This document shows positions 17,928 to 26,578 of a stretch of DNA of 64,000 nucleotides, in pieces. The translations under genes were made by a program, and so were the position numbers. Location: assembly GCA_964430265.1 (NCBI GenBank), contig CAYSEI010000001.1, positions 254,987-318,986 of the forward strand. The letters are read 5' to 3'. Origin of the DNA: an uncultured Pseudomonadales bacterium (GTDB taxonomy: Bacteria > Patescibacteriota > Microgenomatia > UBA1400 > CAYXSR01). The notes under the pieces are model-generated. The model was not told the DNA's origin. It did no database searches and saw nothing but the letters and a program-made list of their open reading frames with translations. Every line of letters starts with the position of its first letter. The first letter of the stretch is position 1.

Positions 17928-18620
17928 ATGAAAAAGAACAGAAAAATGATTAATCGTATGCTGCGTAATTATACCATCATTGCCAAGGATTTTAGCCAGA
18001 CCAGAAGCAAAGTTCTTTGGCCTGAGTTGCAGGACTTTCTAAAATATGTCGGTAAAAATGACAAGGTTTTGGATATTGGCTGCGGCAATGCACGTATATA
18101 CAAAGCTATGAAGAAAAAAAACATTCATTATACAGGAATTGATTTTGTTTCCAATTTTATTGAGGAAAATAAACAAAAATACCCCAATGCAAAATTTAAG
18201 CTGGTTGATATAACCAAAAAGCAGTCCTGGGGAAGAGTTAAAAACAAATTTGACGTAATTTTTTGTGTAGCTGTTTTGCATCATATTCCAAGCAAAAACT
18301 TACACAATCTGATAATAGAAAATATACATAAAAGACTAAAAGATAAAGGAGTTTTAATACTGACAGTCTGGAACCTCTGGCAAAACAGATTTATATCCAA
18401 ACACATTAAACAAATACCCAGAAAAATCACTTCCGGATTCAATCCCAAATGGATATGGGTGCCATATAGGATTTCAGACGGAGAAAAAGTTATTAAAGAA
18501 GTTGAAAGATTTCATTATGCATTTAAACATCAAGAAATACAAAAGCTTCTTGAGAAAAACAAATTCAAAATATTGGAAACAACAACAGGCAGAAATCTTT
18601 GTTTTGCAGCCCAAAAGTAG
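17928..18620 (+). CDS. Class I SAM methyltransferase, Trm9/ALKBH8-like
   Basis: Y..IA.DFSQTR...WP, LDIGCGN, VAVLHHI, G.L.LTVW, WVPY, RFHYAF...EI..L. Confidence 0.8.
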   Translation: MKKNRKMINRMLRNYTIIAKDFSQTRSKVLWPELQDFLKYVGKNDKVLDIGCGNARIYKAMKKKNIHYTGIDFVSNFIEENKQKYPNAKFKLVDITKKQSWGRVKNKFDVIFCVAVLHHIPSKNLHNLIIENIHKRLKDKGVLILTVWNLWQNRFISKHIKQIPRKITSGFNPKWIWVPYRISDGEKVIKEVERFHYAFKHQEIQKLLEKNKFKILETTTGRNLCFAAQK

Positions 18621-18635
18621 TATAATGTTAAGTAT

Positions 18636-18708
18636 GGTGGCTGTGGCCTAATGGTAAGGCATCTGCTTGTGGAGCAGACGATTGCCGGTTCGATTCCGGT
18701 CAGTCACC
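18636..18708 (+). tRNA. tRNA-His(GTG)
   Basis: G-1/C73, GTGGCTG/CAGTCAC acceptor, TCTGC-ttGTGga-GCAGA. Confidence 0.95.
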
Positions 18709-18745
18709 CAATATTGTTAATTATAAAATTTAGTGTTTGAAATCT

Positions 18746-19387
18746 CTAAATTTTTTGAGCAAATGAGTAGATCCATTTTATTTGTTTTCTTCCAGCAGGA
18801 TCTTTATAGTTATCTTTGATAGTTTGAATCGTAAAGCCGTTTTTTTCTAAAAGATTTTCTATTTCGCTTTTTGTAAAGTATTGAAAAAACCTAGCATGAT
18901 TTGATAATTTATCAGAAACAACTGCAGTTTTTTCTTTTCCTAATTTTTGTTTTACAAAAACAAAAATTATCCCTTGTTTTTTTAATACTCTATTAAATTC
19001 CTGTAAAGCTTGTTCTATTGCTTGTGTTGTTTCAAGATGTAAAAGCGAAGCAAGGGCCCAAACTCCATCAAAAGTTTCATTTTCAAAGGGGAGATTTAAA
19101 AAATCAGCAAGTTCAAACTTTACATCTGGACTTTTTTCTCTTGCAACTTTAATTAAGCCTTTAGATATGTCTACACCAATAGGTTTTAACCCCATTTTCT
19201 TAAATATTGCACAATCTCTACCTGCAGCACAGCCAGCATCCAGAACTCTTGCACCTTGATGCAATTTTTGTGTGAATTTTTTAATTAAATCCAAATTAGG
19301 AAGATTTTCAATATTTTGTGCGTATTTTTTAGCATTTGCATCATACCAGTTGATAGTGTCTTGAAATCCTGTTATTACTTGATTCAT
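18746..19387 (-). CDS. Class I SAM-dependent methyltransferase
   Basis: VLDAGCAAGRD, GVDIS, FDGVWA.ASLLH, RVLK..G. Confidence 0.92.
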   Translation of the reverse strand: MNQVITGFQDTINWYDANAKKYAQNIENLPNLDLIKKFTQKLHQGARVLDAGCAAGRDCAIFKKMGLKPIGVDISKGLIKVAREKSPDVKFELADFLNLPFENETFDGVWALASLLHLETTQAIEQALQEFNRVLKKQGIIFVFVKQKLGKEKTAVVSDKLSNHARFFQYFTKSEIENLLEKNGFTIQTIKDNYKDPAGRKQIKWIYSFAQKI

Positions 19388-19433
19388 TAATTAATTTAGT
19401 ATATCATATTTTTAAATTTTTATAGGTGTATAT

Positions 19434-20012
19434 ATGAGAACAATATTTAAGAAAATATGGGAACTTGCATACCCTTATCAAGATATACGTGATGACCAAG
19501 GACATGCAAGAACTGTAACTAATATGGCATATAAGCTTTTAGATAAAGAAACAGCTGATGAAGATGTTGTTATTCCAGCTGCTATTTTACACGATGTTGG
19601 ATGGAGTCAGGTTGCAAAAGAAAAATGGCAAAAGATTATTAAAGGGTTAACAAAAAAAGAGGAAAAGGAATTAAGAAGAGAACATGAGTTAAAAGGAGTG
19701 AAATTAGCTAAATTTTTTTTGCAAACTGTTAATTATCCAAAGGATAAAATTAAGGAAATTCTTCAAATTATCTCTAAACATGATACTAGAGAAATTTTTA
19801 TATCTAAGAATGAAGGCATAGTTAGAGACGCAGATAAACTTTGGAGATTTTTACCCAAAGCGTTTTACTTAGATGCTCGACGTTATAACATGACACTTTT
19901 TGAAAGATATAGTAAGTTAAAAAAAGATATAAGTAGACCTGGTTTCTTTTACTCGAAATCTGCAAGAGAAATTGCAAGAAAAGAATTAGAAGAAAGAAAA
20001 AAAGAAATCTAG
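19434..20012 (+). CDS. HD-domain protein
   Basis: GHA..V, AILHDVG, EHE..G, HD, VRDADKL. Confidence 0.88.
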   Translation: MRTIFKKIWELAYPYQDIRDDQGHARTVTNMAYKLLDKETADEDVVIPAAILHDVGWSQVAKEKWQKIIKGLTKKEEKELRREHELKGVKLAKFFLQTVNYPKDKIKEILQIISKHDTREIFISKNEGIVRDADKLWRFLPKAFYLDARRYNMTLFERYSKLKKDISRPGFFYSKSAREIARKELEERKKEI

Positions 20013-20360
20013 TAATTTTTATTTTACTGTTTATTTAAAAACAATAAATTTTGTAAATTTTACTTTGTTAATTTCAAACAATTTTTTAATGAATTTAAAT
20101 TTACATATTAATTTTTGTAAGCAGTTTTTTGTTAAGATATCGTCTTTTGAATAATGTTAGCTGAAACAAATATTATTTTCTGATTTAAAATTTTCAAGAC
20201 TAGGAAGATAACAGGTAAAAAACTAACCCCAGAAATTTTCAATCAGAAATCTGGACCAAATAATAGTATTATTCTCTGTGCATAAATTAGATATTTTTTA
20301 TTTGCTTTAAAAATACAATTAAGTTAAAATTACCCATAAATATCAAATTAATTTAAATAA

Positions 20361-20606
20361 ATGATAGAAATACTCCCTTGCCGTTTCAGAGATGAAGTTG
20401 ATAATGACAGAGTCCCCTTAATTATTGTAGATGATGAACCGGATTTTCAATATTGTCTGGAACTGACTGATAGAACTACCCTGGCAAGCTTAGTGGTAAC
20501 TGCAATTGATGCACGGTCTTGTAGCACTATACGGCAAGAAGGTTTATGTTTGCGGGGTTTGGACTTAGAAATTGAAAATGGCTTAAGGATTTCAAACAAC
20601 CGATGA
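20361..20606 (+). CDS. Small hypothetical protein (4 Cys)
   Basis: ATG ORF at the end of an AT-rich region; stop overlaps the next ATG (ATGA). Confidence 0.6.
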   Translation: MIEILPCRFRDEVDNDRVPLIIVDDEPDFQYCLELTDRTTLASLVVTAIDARSCSTIRQEGLCLRGLDLEIENGLRISNNR

Positions 20607-21089
20607 AGGAACAAATGCAACCAACTCAGTTTGTTGAGCATCTTTTAAGCTACATTAGAGGAAAAAAAAGATGCAGATATTGATTGGGAAAAGATTGACA
20701 CGGAAATTCAGGAAATAACAAGATTTCATCCTGAAGAGACCGCTTTGGAACTGCTTGATTGTTTGGAAGACAACCAGGATGAAAACGAAAGGGACTTAAT
20801 TGCAACCGCTCTGTTTAAGATTAAACCGACAGACGAATCCATAAAGGAAAAGATATTTGTTTCTATGTTTGACCAGACAGTATCGGATGATTCACCATAT
20901 GCAGCTGCTAGGGCTGCCCGCCATATGATAAGGGTTGTAAAAGATGCTGACAAGAATGGAATCACAAAACAATACTGGGCGGAAAAAGCATTGGAGGAAT
21001 TCAGAGAAAGAGCAAAAGCAGAAAATTGGGTTGATGATCTTATTAATGAGAAGGTTCCCGATATGAAGGAGTTTTTTAAAGATGTATAA
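20603..21089 (+). pseudogene. Frameshifted hypothetical helical (HEAT-like) protein; 161 aa if the A8 tract were A7
   Basis: MKEQMQPTQF...YIRGKK from 20603 joins DADIDWEK...ELLD... of the 20745 frame by removing one A at 20662-20669. Confidence 0.65.
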
Positions 21090-21288
21090 CGAAAAACTGT
21101 GCTATTGGCAAAAAATACCTACTGGAAGATGCAGTCATCCAGAAAGTAGGACTCTTGCAGATTTTAATCCGGATACACAGAGTTTTTTGTGTCCTAATAT
21201 GGGAGACCCTCAAAGACAAGAAAAATGTAAAAAATATGAGAATAAAGGTTCTGTTATAAAAATAGGTGATCAAGCTTTAATTGGTTGA
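21082..21288 (+). CDS. Small hypothetical protein (4 Cys + His)
   Basis: AAGGAG SD, 8-nt overlap with the upstream ORF, C-x9-CxHP...C-x11-C. Confidence 0.6.
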   Translation: MYNEKLCYWQKIPTGRCSHPESRTLADFNPDTQSFLCPNMGDPQRQEKCKKYENKGSVIKIGDQALIG

Positions 21289-21342
21289 AATTATACAAAT
21301 CGAGATTTTGAAAAACTTTTGTTATAATATATAAGTTGTTAA

Positions 21343-21416
21343 GCGTCTGTAGCTCAACTGGATAGAGCGTCTGTCTTCGGAACAGAAGGTTGGGGGTTCG
21401 ACTCCTCCCAGACGCA
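21343..21416 (+). tRNA. tRNA-Arg(TCG)
   Basis: GCGTCTG/CAGACGC acceptor, TCTGT-ctTCGga-ACAGA, GGTTCGACTCC. Confidence 0.95.
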
Positions 21417-21425
21417 CGCAAAAAT

Positions 21426-21635
21426 ATGATATTAAAAATAATACAGATAATAACCAGTATTACAGTGATTGTCTTAATAGCCTTTCAGGCTCAAGGTGGA
21501 GGTTTAGGAAGTGCTTGGGGTGGCGGAGAAATGTATTCCTCTAAAAGAGGTGTAGAACGATTTTTATTTATAGTAACCATTGTAGCTGCTGCAGTATTTG
21601 TTTTATCTTCCCTGGTCAGTTTTTTAGTGCAGTAA
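21426..21635 (+). CDS. secG: Preprotein translocase subunit SecG
   Basis: Two TM helices around Q.QGGGLGSAWGG, SKRGVERFL. Confidence 0.92.
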   Translation: MILKIIQIITSITVIVLIAFQAQGGGLGSAWGGGEMYSSKRGVERFLFIVTIVAAAVFVLSSLVSFLVQ

Positions 21636-21636
21636 T

Positions 21637-22962
21637 ATGTCAGCATTTAAAAAAATTAGGTCCTATTTTTGGTTGATTGAAGGTCTTGTTGAAAAGCACA
21701 AGAAAATTATTATTATTGGGATAATTATTGGTGTTGCCGGAGCCTTTTTAATTCCTAGACTTTTAAAACAACTTCCACAAATGACACAGCATGAAAGAAT
21801 TGGTAGGGTCGGAATTTATGATCCTGATCAGTTACCAGACGATATTTTAAAACAACTGGGTTCCGGTCTAACTATGATTGGAGAAGATAAACAGCCTATT
21901 TCATCATTGGCTAAAAAGTGGACAGTTTCTGACGATGGTAAAGAATATTTATTCATTCTTAAAGATAATATTTTTTGGAGTGACGGTCAACCGATTACCG
22001 CAGACGAAATAGATTATCAGTTCCAGAACGTAGAGAAAAGAGTTTTGGACGACAAGACAATAAAATTTATCTTAAAGGAACCTTTTGCTCCCTTCCCTAT
22101 TGCTTTGAGTGAACCAATATTTAAAGAAGGTTTAGTTGGTTCCGGTCCTTATATGCTGGATAAAATCAATAAACAGTCAGGAACCGTAGAAAAAATGGTA
22201 ATCAGTAAACCGGGAGAGAAAATTACTTACCGTTTTTATTCAAATACTGATACTATTAAAAAAGCATTTAAGCTGGGAGAAATAGATATAATACAGGGAT
22301 TGTTAAGCAACCCATTTGAAGAAGAATGGCAGGAAAATATTATGGTGGAAGAGAAAATAAGTAAAGATGAATTTATTGCTGTTTTTTATAATACTGACAA
22401 CCCCAAATTACAAGACAAAAATTTCCGCCAGTCTTTAACCTATTCTATTCCAAATAAACCCGAGGGGGAAAAAAGGGCTTTAGGCCCTGTCAGTCCCAAT
22501 TCCTGGGCTTATAATGAAAATGTTAAGGAATATAAATATGATCCGGAGCATGCTTTAAGTTTGTTGGAAGGAGAAACTGAAAATAAAACGCAGTTAACAA
22601 TTCATACGTCACAACTTTTTCTGTTAATGGCAGAAGAAATTAAAAGAGCCTGGGAAGAAAATTTACCGGTTGAGGTACAAATAGAAATAGTTAATACGAT
22701 TCCGGGTGATTATGAAATATTCTTAGGTCTACAACAGATTCCTCCTGATCCGGATCAGTATGTTTTTTGGCACTCAACCCGCGCCGAAAATATTACCAAT
22801 TTTAAAAGCCCTAAAGTTGATAAGCTTTTGGAGGATGCACGCAGAACTATTGACTTACAGAAAAGAAAGGAAAGCTACTTTGAGTTCCAAAAAGTAATCT
22901 TGGAAGAAAGTCCGGCTGCTTTTATATCTCATCCCCTACAGTATACGATTAAGCGTGTTTAA
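21637..22962 (+). CDS. ABC transporter substrate-binding protein, family 5 (OppA-like)
   Basis: SLAKKWTVSDDGKEY.F.L, WSDGQPITAD, GSGPY, PDQY.FWHS. Confidence 0.9.
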   Translation: MSAFKKIRSYFWLIEGLVEKHKKIIIIGIIIGVAGAFLIPRLLKQLPQMTQHERIGRVGIYDPDQLPDDILKQLGSGLTMIGEDKQPISSLAKKWTVSDDGKEYLFILKDNIFWSDGQPITADEIDYQFQNVEKRVLDDKTIKFILKEPFAPFPIALSEPIFKEGLVGSGPYMLDKINKQSGTVEKMVISKPGEKITYRFYSNTDTIKKAFKLGEIDIIQGLLSNPFEEEWQENIMVEEKISKDEFIAVFYNTDNPKLQDKNFRQSLTYSIPNKPEGEKRALGPVSPNSWAYNENVKEYKYDPEHALSLLEGETENKTQLTIHTSQLFLLMAEEIKRAWEENLPVEVQIEIVNTIPGDYEIFLGLQQIPPDPDQYVFWHSTRAENITNFKSPKVDKLLEDARRTIDLQKRKESYFEFQKVILEESPAAFISHPLQYTIKRV

Positions 22963-23360
22963 TCAATAAGCCAATTAATTATTTCCACGCAAATATTAAT
23001 AAAAAAAGAAGTTAGTATTAGTGAAAAAAAGTAAGATACTGAAAAAGAAGAAATACTGAGATCTCCATATATAATGCCGGGAAACTGAAAATTCTGTACT
23101 GATACATAAGGGGATAATATAGTTAATATATATATAACCCCGACATTAATTATCCAGCGGAAAAACCCCAAGGTTAAAATATTCAGCGGTAAAAAAAGAA
23201 TTTTTAATAATGGTTTAATAATAATATTCAAAACAAAAAGAACAAGTGCGGTAATAATCCATTCTATAGGACCGCCTTTAAGAACCAATCCGGGAAACCA
23301 AGCATTGGTTATCAAAAGAGCAGCAAGAAATATGAGTGTTTTTCTAATTATTTTTTTGAT
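22959..23360 (-). CDS. Phage holin-like / YvlD family membrane protein
   Basis: LN.IIKPLLKILFLPLNILTLG.F.WIIN; start uncertain (ATC 23360 proposed, TTG 23315 in track). Confidence 0.85.
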   Translation of the reverse strand: MKKIIRKTLIFLAALLITNAWFPGLVLKGGPIEWIITALVLFVLNIIIKPLLKILFLPLNILTLGFFRWIINVGVIYILTILSPYVSVQNFQFPGIIYGDLSISSFSVSYFFSLILTSFFINICVEIINWLID

Positions 23361-25174
23361 TTTGATCCTTTTAATTTCTTAATTAATATTATCAAAGCAA
23401 CTAAAAAAATAAATCCAGCACCAATATATGGTAAATACTGAGGCAAAAATGGAGAACGAATTAATACAGATGTCTGACCGATTTTTTCTTTATATTGATA
23501 ATTTATATTTTTTAACCCGTCTTCCCAAAGTGAAGTCTTATTTAAAGTTATCCTCTTATTAAACCTTGCATATGGAGGCAGAAAACCTACTGGGATTTTA
23601 GTTTGCGAAATATTTAAATCCCTAGAAGAATATGTAAAAACTTCGTCAGGTAAACTGGTATTTCCGGTGTTTACGATCTCAATATTTCCGTAAACAGGTA
23701 ATCCAGCTAAGTTTCTTTCAGGAAGGTTAATCTTAATTGTATAATCTTCTCTTGGACTTATATTACTACCAAACTTTATTCTGACTTTTTTACCTTCGTT
23801 TGTGTTTCTGTATGAGCCGGCAGGCAGCGGAAACTCACTGTCACTGCCGTGGATGACAAAAGTAAAATGGTTATAATCCAGTTTATCAAAAAAATCGACG
23901 CCCCCGGTTGTATTACCCCATGTAGGGTCAATAGGAATCCATTGTTGGCTTTCCTGGTCATAATATTCCGGCCAGGAATGCAAAATATCCTGTTCTAAGC
24001 TTAGCGGTCTTAGTTTGGGATTGTTGGTATATGCATACCCGTTAAGTTCGCGAGCAGGAATACCAGATGCTCTGGCTATAGTAATAAAAAGGTCAGTAAA
24101 TTCCATACATAAAAGTGAGTCTTTATTCGCGAGTGCCTTTTCTGCTCCCATTCTTTGTGAATTTGTCTCTACTCTACCATAGTCGTATAAAAAATTTTCC
24201 ACCAGAAAATTATAAATTTTTCTGGGAGTATCCAATTGTTCAGCTAATTCAACAATTTTAGGATCGTTTACTGGCCAGTATTTGTCCTCTTTCAAATAAG
24301 CTGATAAATCATTGTTTTGTAAACTATATTGACTTTGGGAACTAATAAAAATTTGTGCATTACCTTTAACCAAGACTTCAATTTTTTCTTTTGGTTCAAG
24401 GACAAAGCTGGCAATCCAGTTTCCGTCTTGATCAATTTCTACGTCCTCAGGTTTGGGATTGATGCTGTTGTAATATACTTTTTGACGATTAGTATTAGGA
24501 GGCAGCGCAACTTTTGTTTTAGATTTTAAAGAATTGGGATTTTCTAAAAGATATGAAAGCTCAAAGTCAAAAATTTGTGGACCTCCAAAAGCAGCGGAAA
24601 TGCCTTTTTCCGAATTTTTTTGGCTAAAATAATAAATGCGGGAATCTTCTGTTATAAGTGACCTTTTTGGTTCGGGGGTGATAAAAGCAGGTTCGCCGTA
24701 TTTTAAAGGAACCTTTAGTTCGGAATTGTAATTGTTTAAATCAGCTTTATGATCAATTTGTGGAACAGTTATTTCCAAAATTTTTCCGTTTAAGTTTGCA
24801 AAATCTTCTGTAATGTATTCTAAAGTAAAGGTTAAAGACTCGTTCAAACCGATTACGGGATTATTAAAAGGAATTGTTATATTAGTTTCATTTTCATTTT
24901 TGTGGATTTTGGGAAACAATTCAGCTTCAGCAGTATAAGCTCGAATATTTGAAATTTGGGTTGCGCCTATGCTGATTAAATATTCTTTGGCATATATATT
25001 GGAATGTTTGTTTGTTAAAGAAACTTGCTGCAAAACTTTTAGCTTATTATTCTCTGTAACCTGATATATGATATTGTAAGAAGTTTTAAAATCTGATTCA
25101 GCAAATACAAGCTTTGTTGTAGAAAAAAATAATCCTAAAGTGAATATTATGGTGAGCAGGGTTTTTTTCATCAT
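23348..25174 (-). CDS. Secreted transglutaminase-like domain protein
   Basis: Signal peptide, CMEFTDLFI..ARASGIPAR, LHSWPEYY, DPTWG, C-terminal TM. Confidence 0.92.
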   Translation of the reverse strand: MMKKTLLTIIFTLGLFFSTTKLVFAESDFKTSYNIIYQVTENNKLKVLQQVSLTNKHSNIYAKEYLISIGATQISNIRAYTAEAELFPKIHKNENETNITIPFNNPVIGLNESLTFTLEYITEDFANLNGKILEITVPQIDHKADLNNYNSELKVPLKYGEPAFITPEPKRSLITEDSRIYYFSQKNSEKGISAAFGGPQIFDFELSYLLENPNSLKSKTKVALPPNTNRQKVYYNSINPKPEDVEIDQDGNWIASFVLEPKEKIEVLVKGNAQIFISSQSQYSLQNNDLSAYLKEDKYWPVNDPKIVELAEQLDTPRKIYNFLVENFLYDYGRVETNSQRMGAEKALANKDSLLCMEFTDLFITIARASGIPARELNGYAYTNNPKLRPLSLEQDILHSWPEYYDQESQQWIPIDPTWGNTTGGVDFFDKLDYNHFTFVIHGSDSEFPLPAGSYRNTNEGKKVRIKFGSNISPREDYTIKINLPERNLAGLPVYGNIEIVNTGNTSLPDEVFTYSSRDLNISQTKIPVGFLPPYARFNKRITLNKTSLWEDGLKNINYQYKEKIGQTSVLIRSPFLPQYLPYIGAGFIFLVALIILIKKLKGSKSKK

Positions 25175-25214
25175 TTCAATTGTATCAATTTTTTCAAATA
25201 TTTTTTATTCCAGC

Positions 25215-25243
25215 TTGACTTTTCGGGTTTTATTTGGCAAATT
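25215..25243 (+). promoter_or_regulatory. lexA promoter with TTCGG-N6-TTTGG direct-repeat operator
   Basis: TTGACT-t-TTCGG-gtttta-TTTGG-CAAATT, 17-bp spacer, 7 nt before ATG 25251. Confidence 0.7.
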
Positions 25244-25250
25244 TAAATTA

Positions 25251-25862
25251 ATGACAGTTACATTATACAAAAGACAAAGACAAGTACTTGATTTTATTGT
25301 TCAATATATTCAGAAAAACGGATATTCTCCTACTCTTAGGGATATAGCTGACGCTATGGGCTTAAGTGCTGTTTCAACAGTACATGAGCATATAGTTGCT
25401 TTGGAAGAAAAAGGAGTTTTAAAAAGGCATCATGATGAACGCCGGGGGTTTGAAATAACTGATGAAAATATTGCTACTTTACACAGGGCTGTTAAAATTC
25501 CCATTTTGGGGAAGTTCCAGTTAAATAAACCAATACAACCGGTTAAGGAAAATCAGTCACTTCATATTCCTAATAGGATGATTGATGGAGAAGAACGTTC
25601 TTATGCTTTAAAAGTTGATGATAACCAATTAAGAGAAGAGGGAATTCTTAAAAATGATTTTGTGGTTATTGAAGAAGAACAGGAACTTGAAGACGGACAG
25701 CCCGGAGTATTAATTTTGGAAAACGGAGGCGCAGTGCTTAAAAAATTTTATCAGGAAGCCACGCGGATCAGATTGGAACCCTTATACAGTAACAAAAGGT
25801 CTGAGTTTGTAAATCAAGTGCAAATACAAGGTAAAATTGCAGGAGTTATCCGAACTTTTTAA
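25251..25862 (+). CDS. lexA: LexA-family repressor with degenerate peptidase domain
   Basis: RQRQVLDFI..YIQKNGYSPTLRDIA..MGLSAVSTVHEH...LEEKG; S24-like C-terminus. Confidence 0.9.
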   Translation: MTVTLYKRQRQVLDFIVQYIQKNGYSPTLRDIADAMGLSAVSTVHEHIVALEEKGVLKRHHDERRGFEITDENIATLHRAVKIPILGKFQLNKPIQPVKENQSLHIPNRMIDGEERSYALKVDDNQLREEGILKNDFVVIEEEQELEDGQPGVLILENGGAVLKKFYQEATRIRLEPLYSNKRSEFVNQVQIQGKIAGVIRTF

Positions 25863-26524
25863 GCATTTTTACGTAGATTTTCCAGCCACTTTTCTCTTTT
25901 AAAATAAGCAAATAAAAGGACAGCTCCGCTGATTACGACCAAGGCAATACTGACAATCATCTCCCAACGATCAAGTCCCTCGGATACAGCAAATAATGCT
26001 TCCCCGCTCTGCCAGCCTATCCAACCCAATAGCATTCCTCTGACAATCAAGCCTAAAGCAGAAAATAAATAATAGCTGACCGGTTTTATTCTTAGGGCTC
26101 CGCAAGCTGCGGAAAAAAGAACAGAAGGAATCACCGGAATAGCTCTGGAAACAAAAATAACAACTTCATCCCAGAAATTGCCCTTAAAATATTTTTCTTT
26201 AATAATTTCAACGTCTTCCCATCTAATTTCCAGCCAACGGCTAAATTTATTAATTAAATATTTTCCTCCAAACCAAGAAGCAATATAAATAATAGTTGAA
26301 CCAATAGTAGAACCTATTGCAAACGGCAAAGCTGCTTTAAAAAAAATATTTCTTGTTAGTAAACCAAAACTTTGAATATTTTGCGGAACAAAAAAGAAAC
26401 CTGCTGCCATAGGAATTATTGGTGAAGGAATAGGAACAATTACTTGTTCTATTAGACCTCCCAGAATCACGCTAATGTAACCGTTTTGCTTAATTGAAGT
26501 AATAATCAGTTGTGTAAAATTCAT
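25859..26524 (-). CDS. DedA/VTT family membrane protein
   Basis: IEQVIVPIPS..I...AG, GSTIGS...Y, SRAIPVIP. Confidence 0.88.
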   Translation of the reverse strand: MNFTQLIITSIKQNGYISVILGGLIEQVIVPIPSPIIPMAAGFFFVPQNIQSFGLLTRNIFFKAALPFAIGSTIGSTIIYIASWFGGKYLINKFSRWLEIRWEDVEIIKEKYFKGNFWDEVVIFVSRAIPVIPSVLFSAACGALRIKPVSYYLFSALGLIVRGMLLGWIGWQSGEALFAVSEGLDRWEMIVSIALVVISGAVLLFAYFKREKWLENLRKNA

Positions 26525-26578
26525 AATATTAAAATAAGCTAGATAAATAATTTAATAAAATATGGAATATAGTATATG

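Noticed and set aside
20013-20360. 350-bp AT-rich gap: CRISPR array or decayed gene?
   Set aside because: No regular repeat-spacer pattern. Only short minus-strand frames are present, too weak to call a pseudogene.
13815-21416. Possible integrated element between the tRNA-Arg genes
   Set aside because: No integrase or transposase and no duplicated tRNA 3' end seen; the region contains housekeeping-type genes.
22959-23360. Holin and Dda-like helicase as prophage evidence
   Set aside because: No phage structural, terminase or integrase genes; both families occur as ordinary chromosomal genes.
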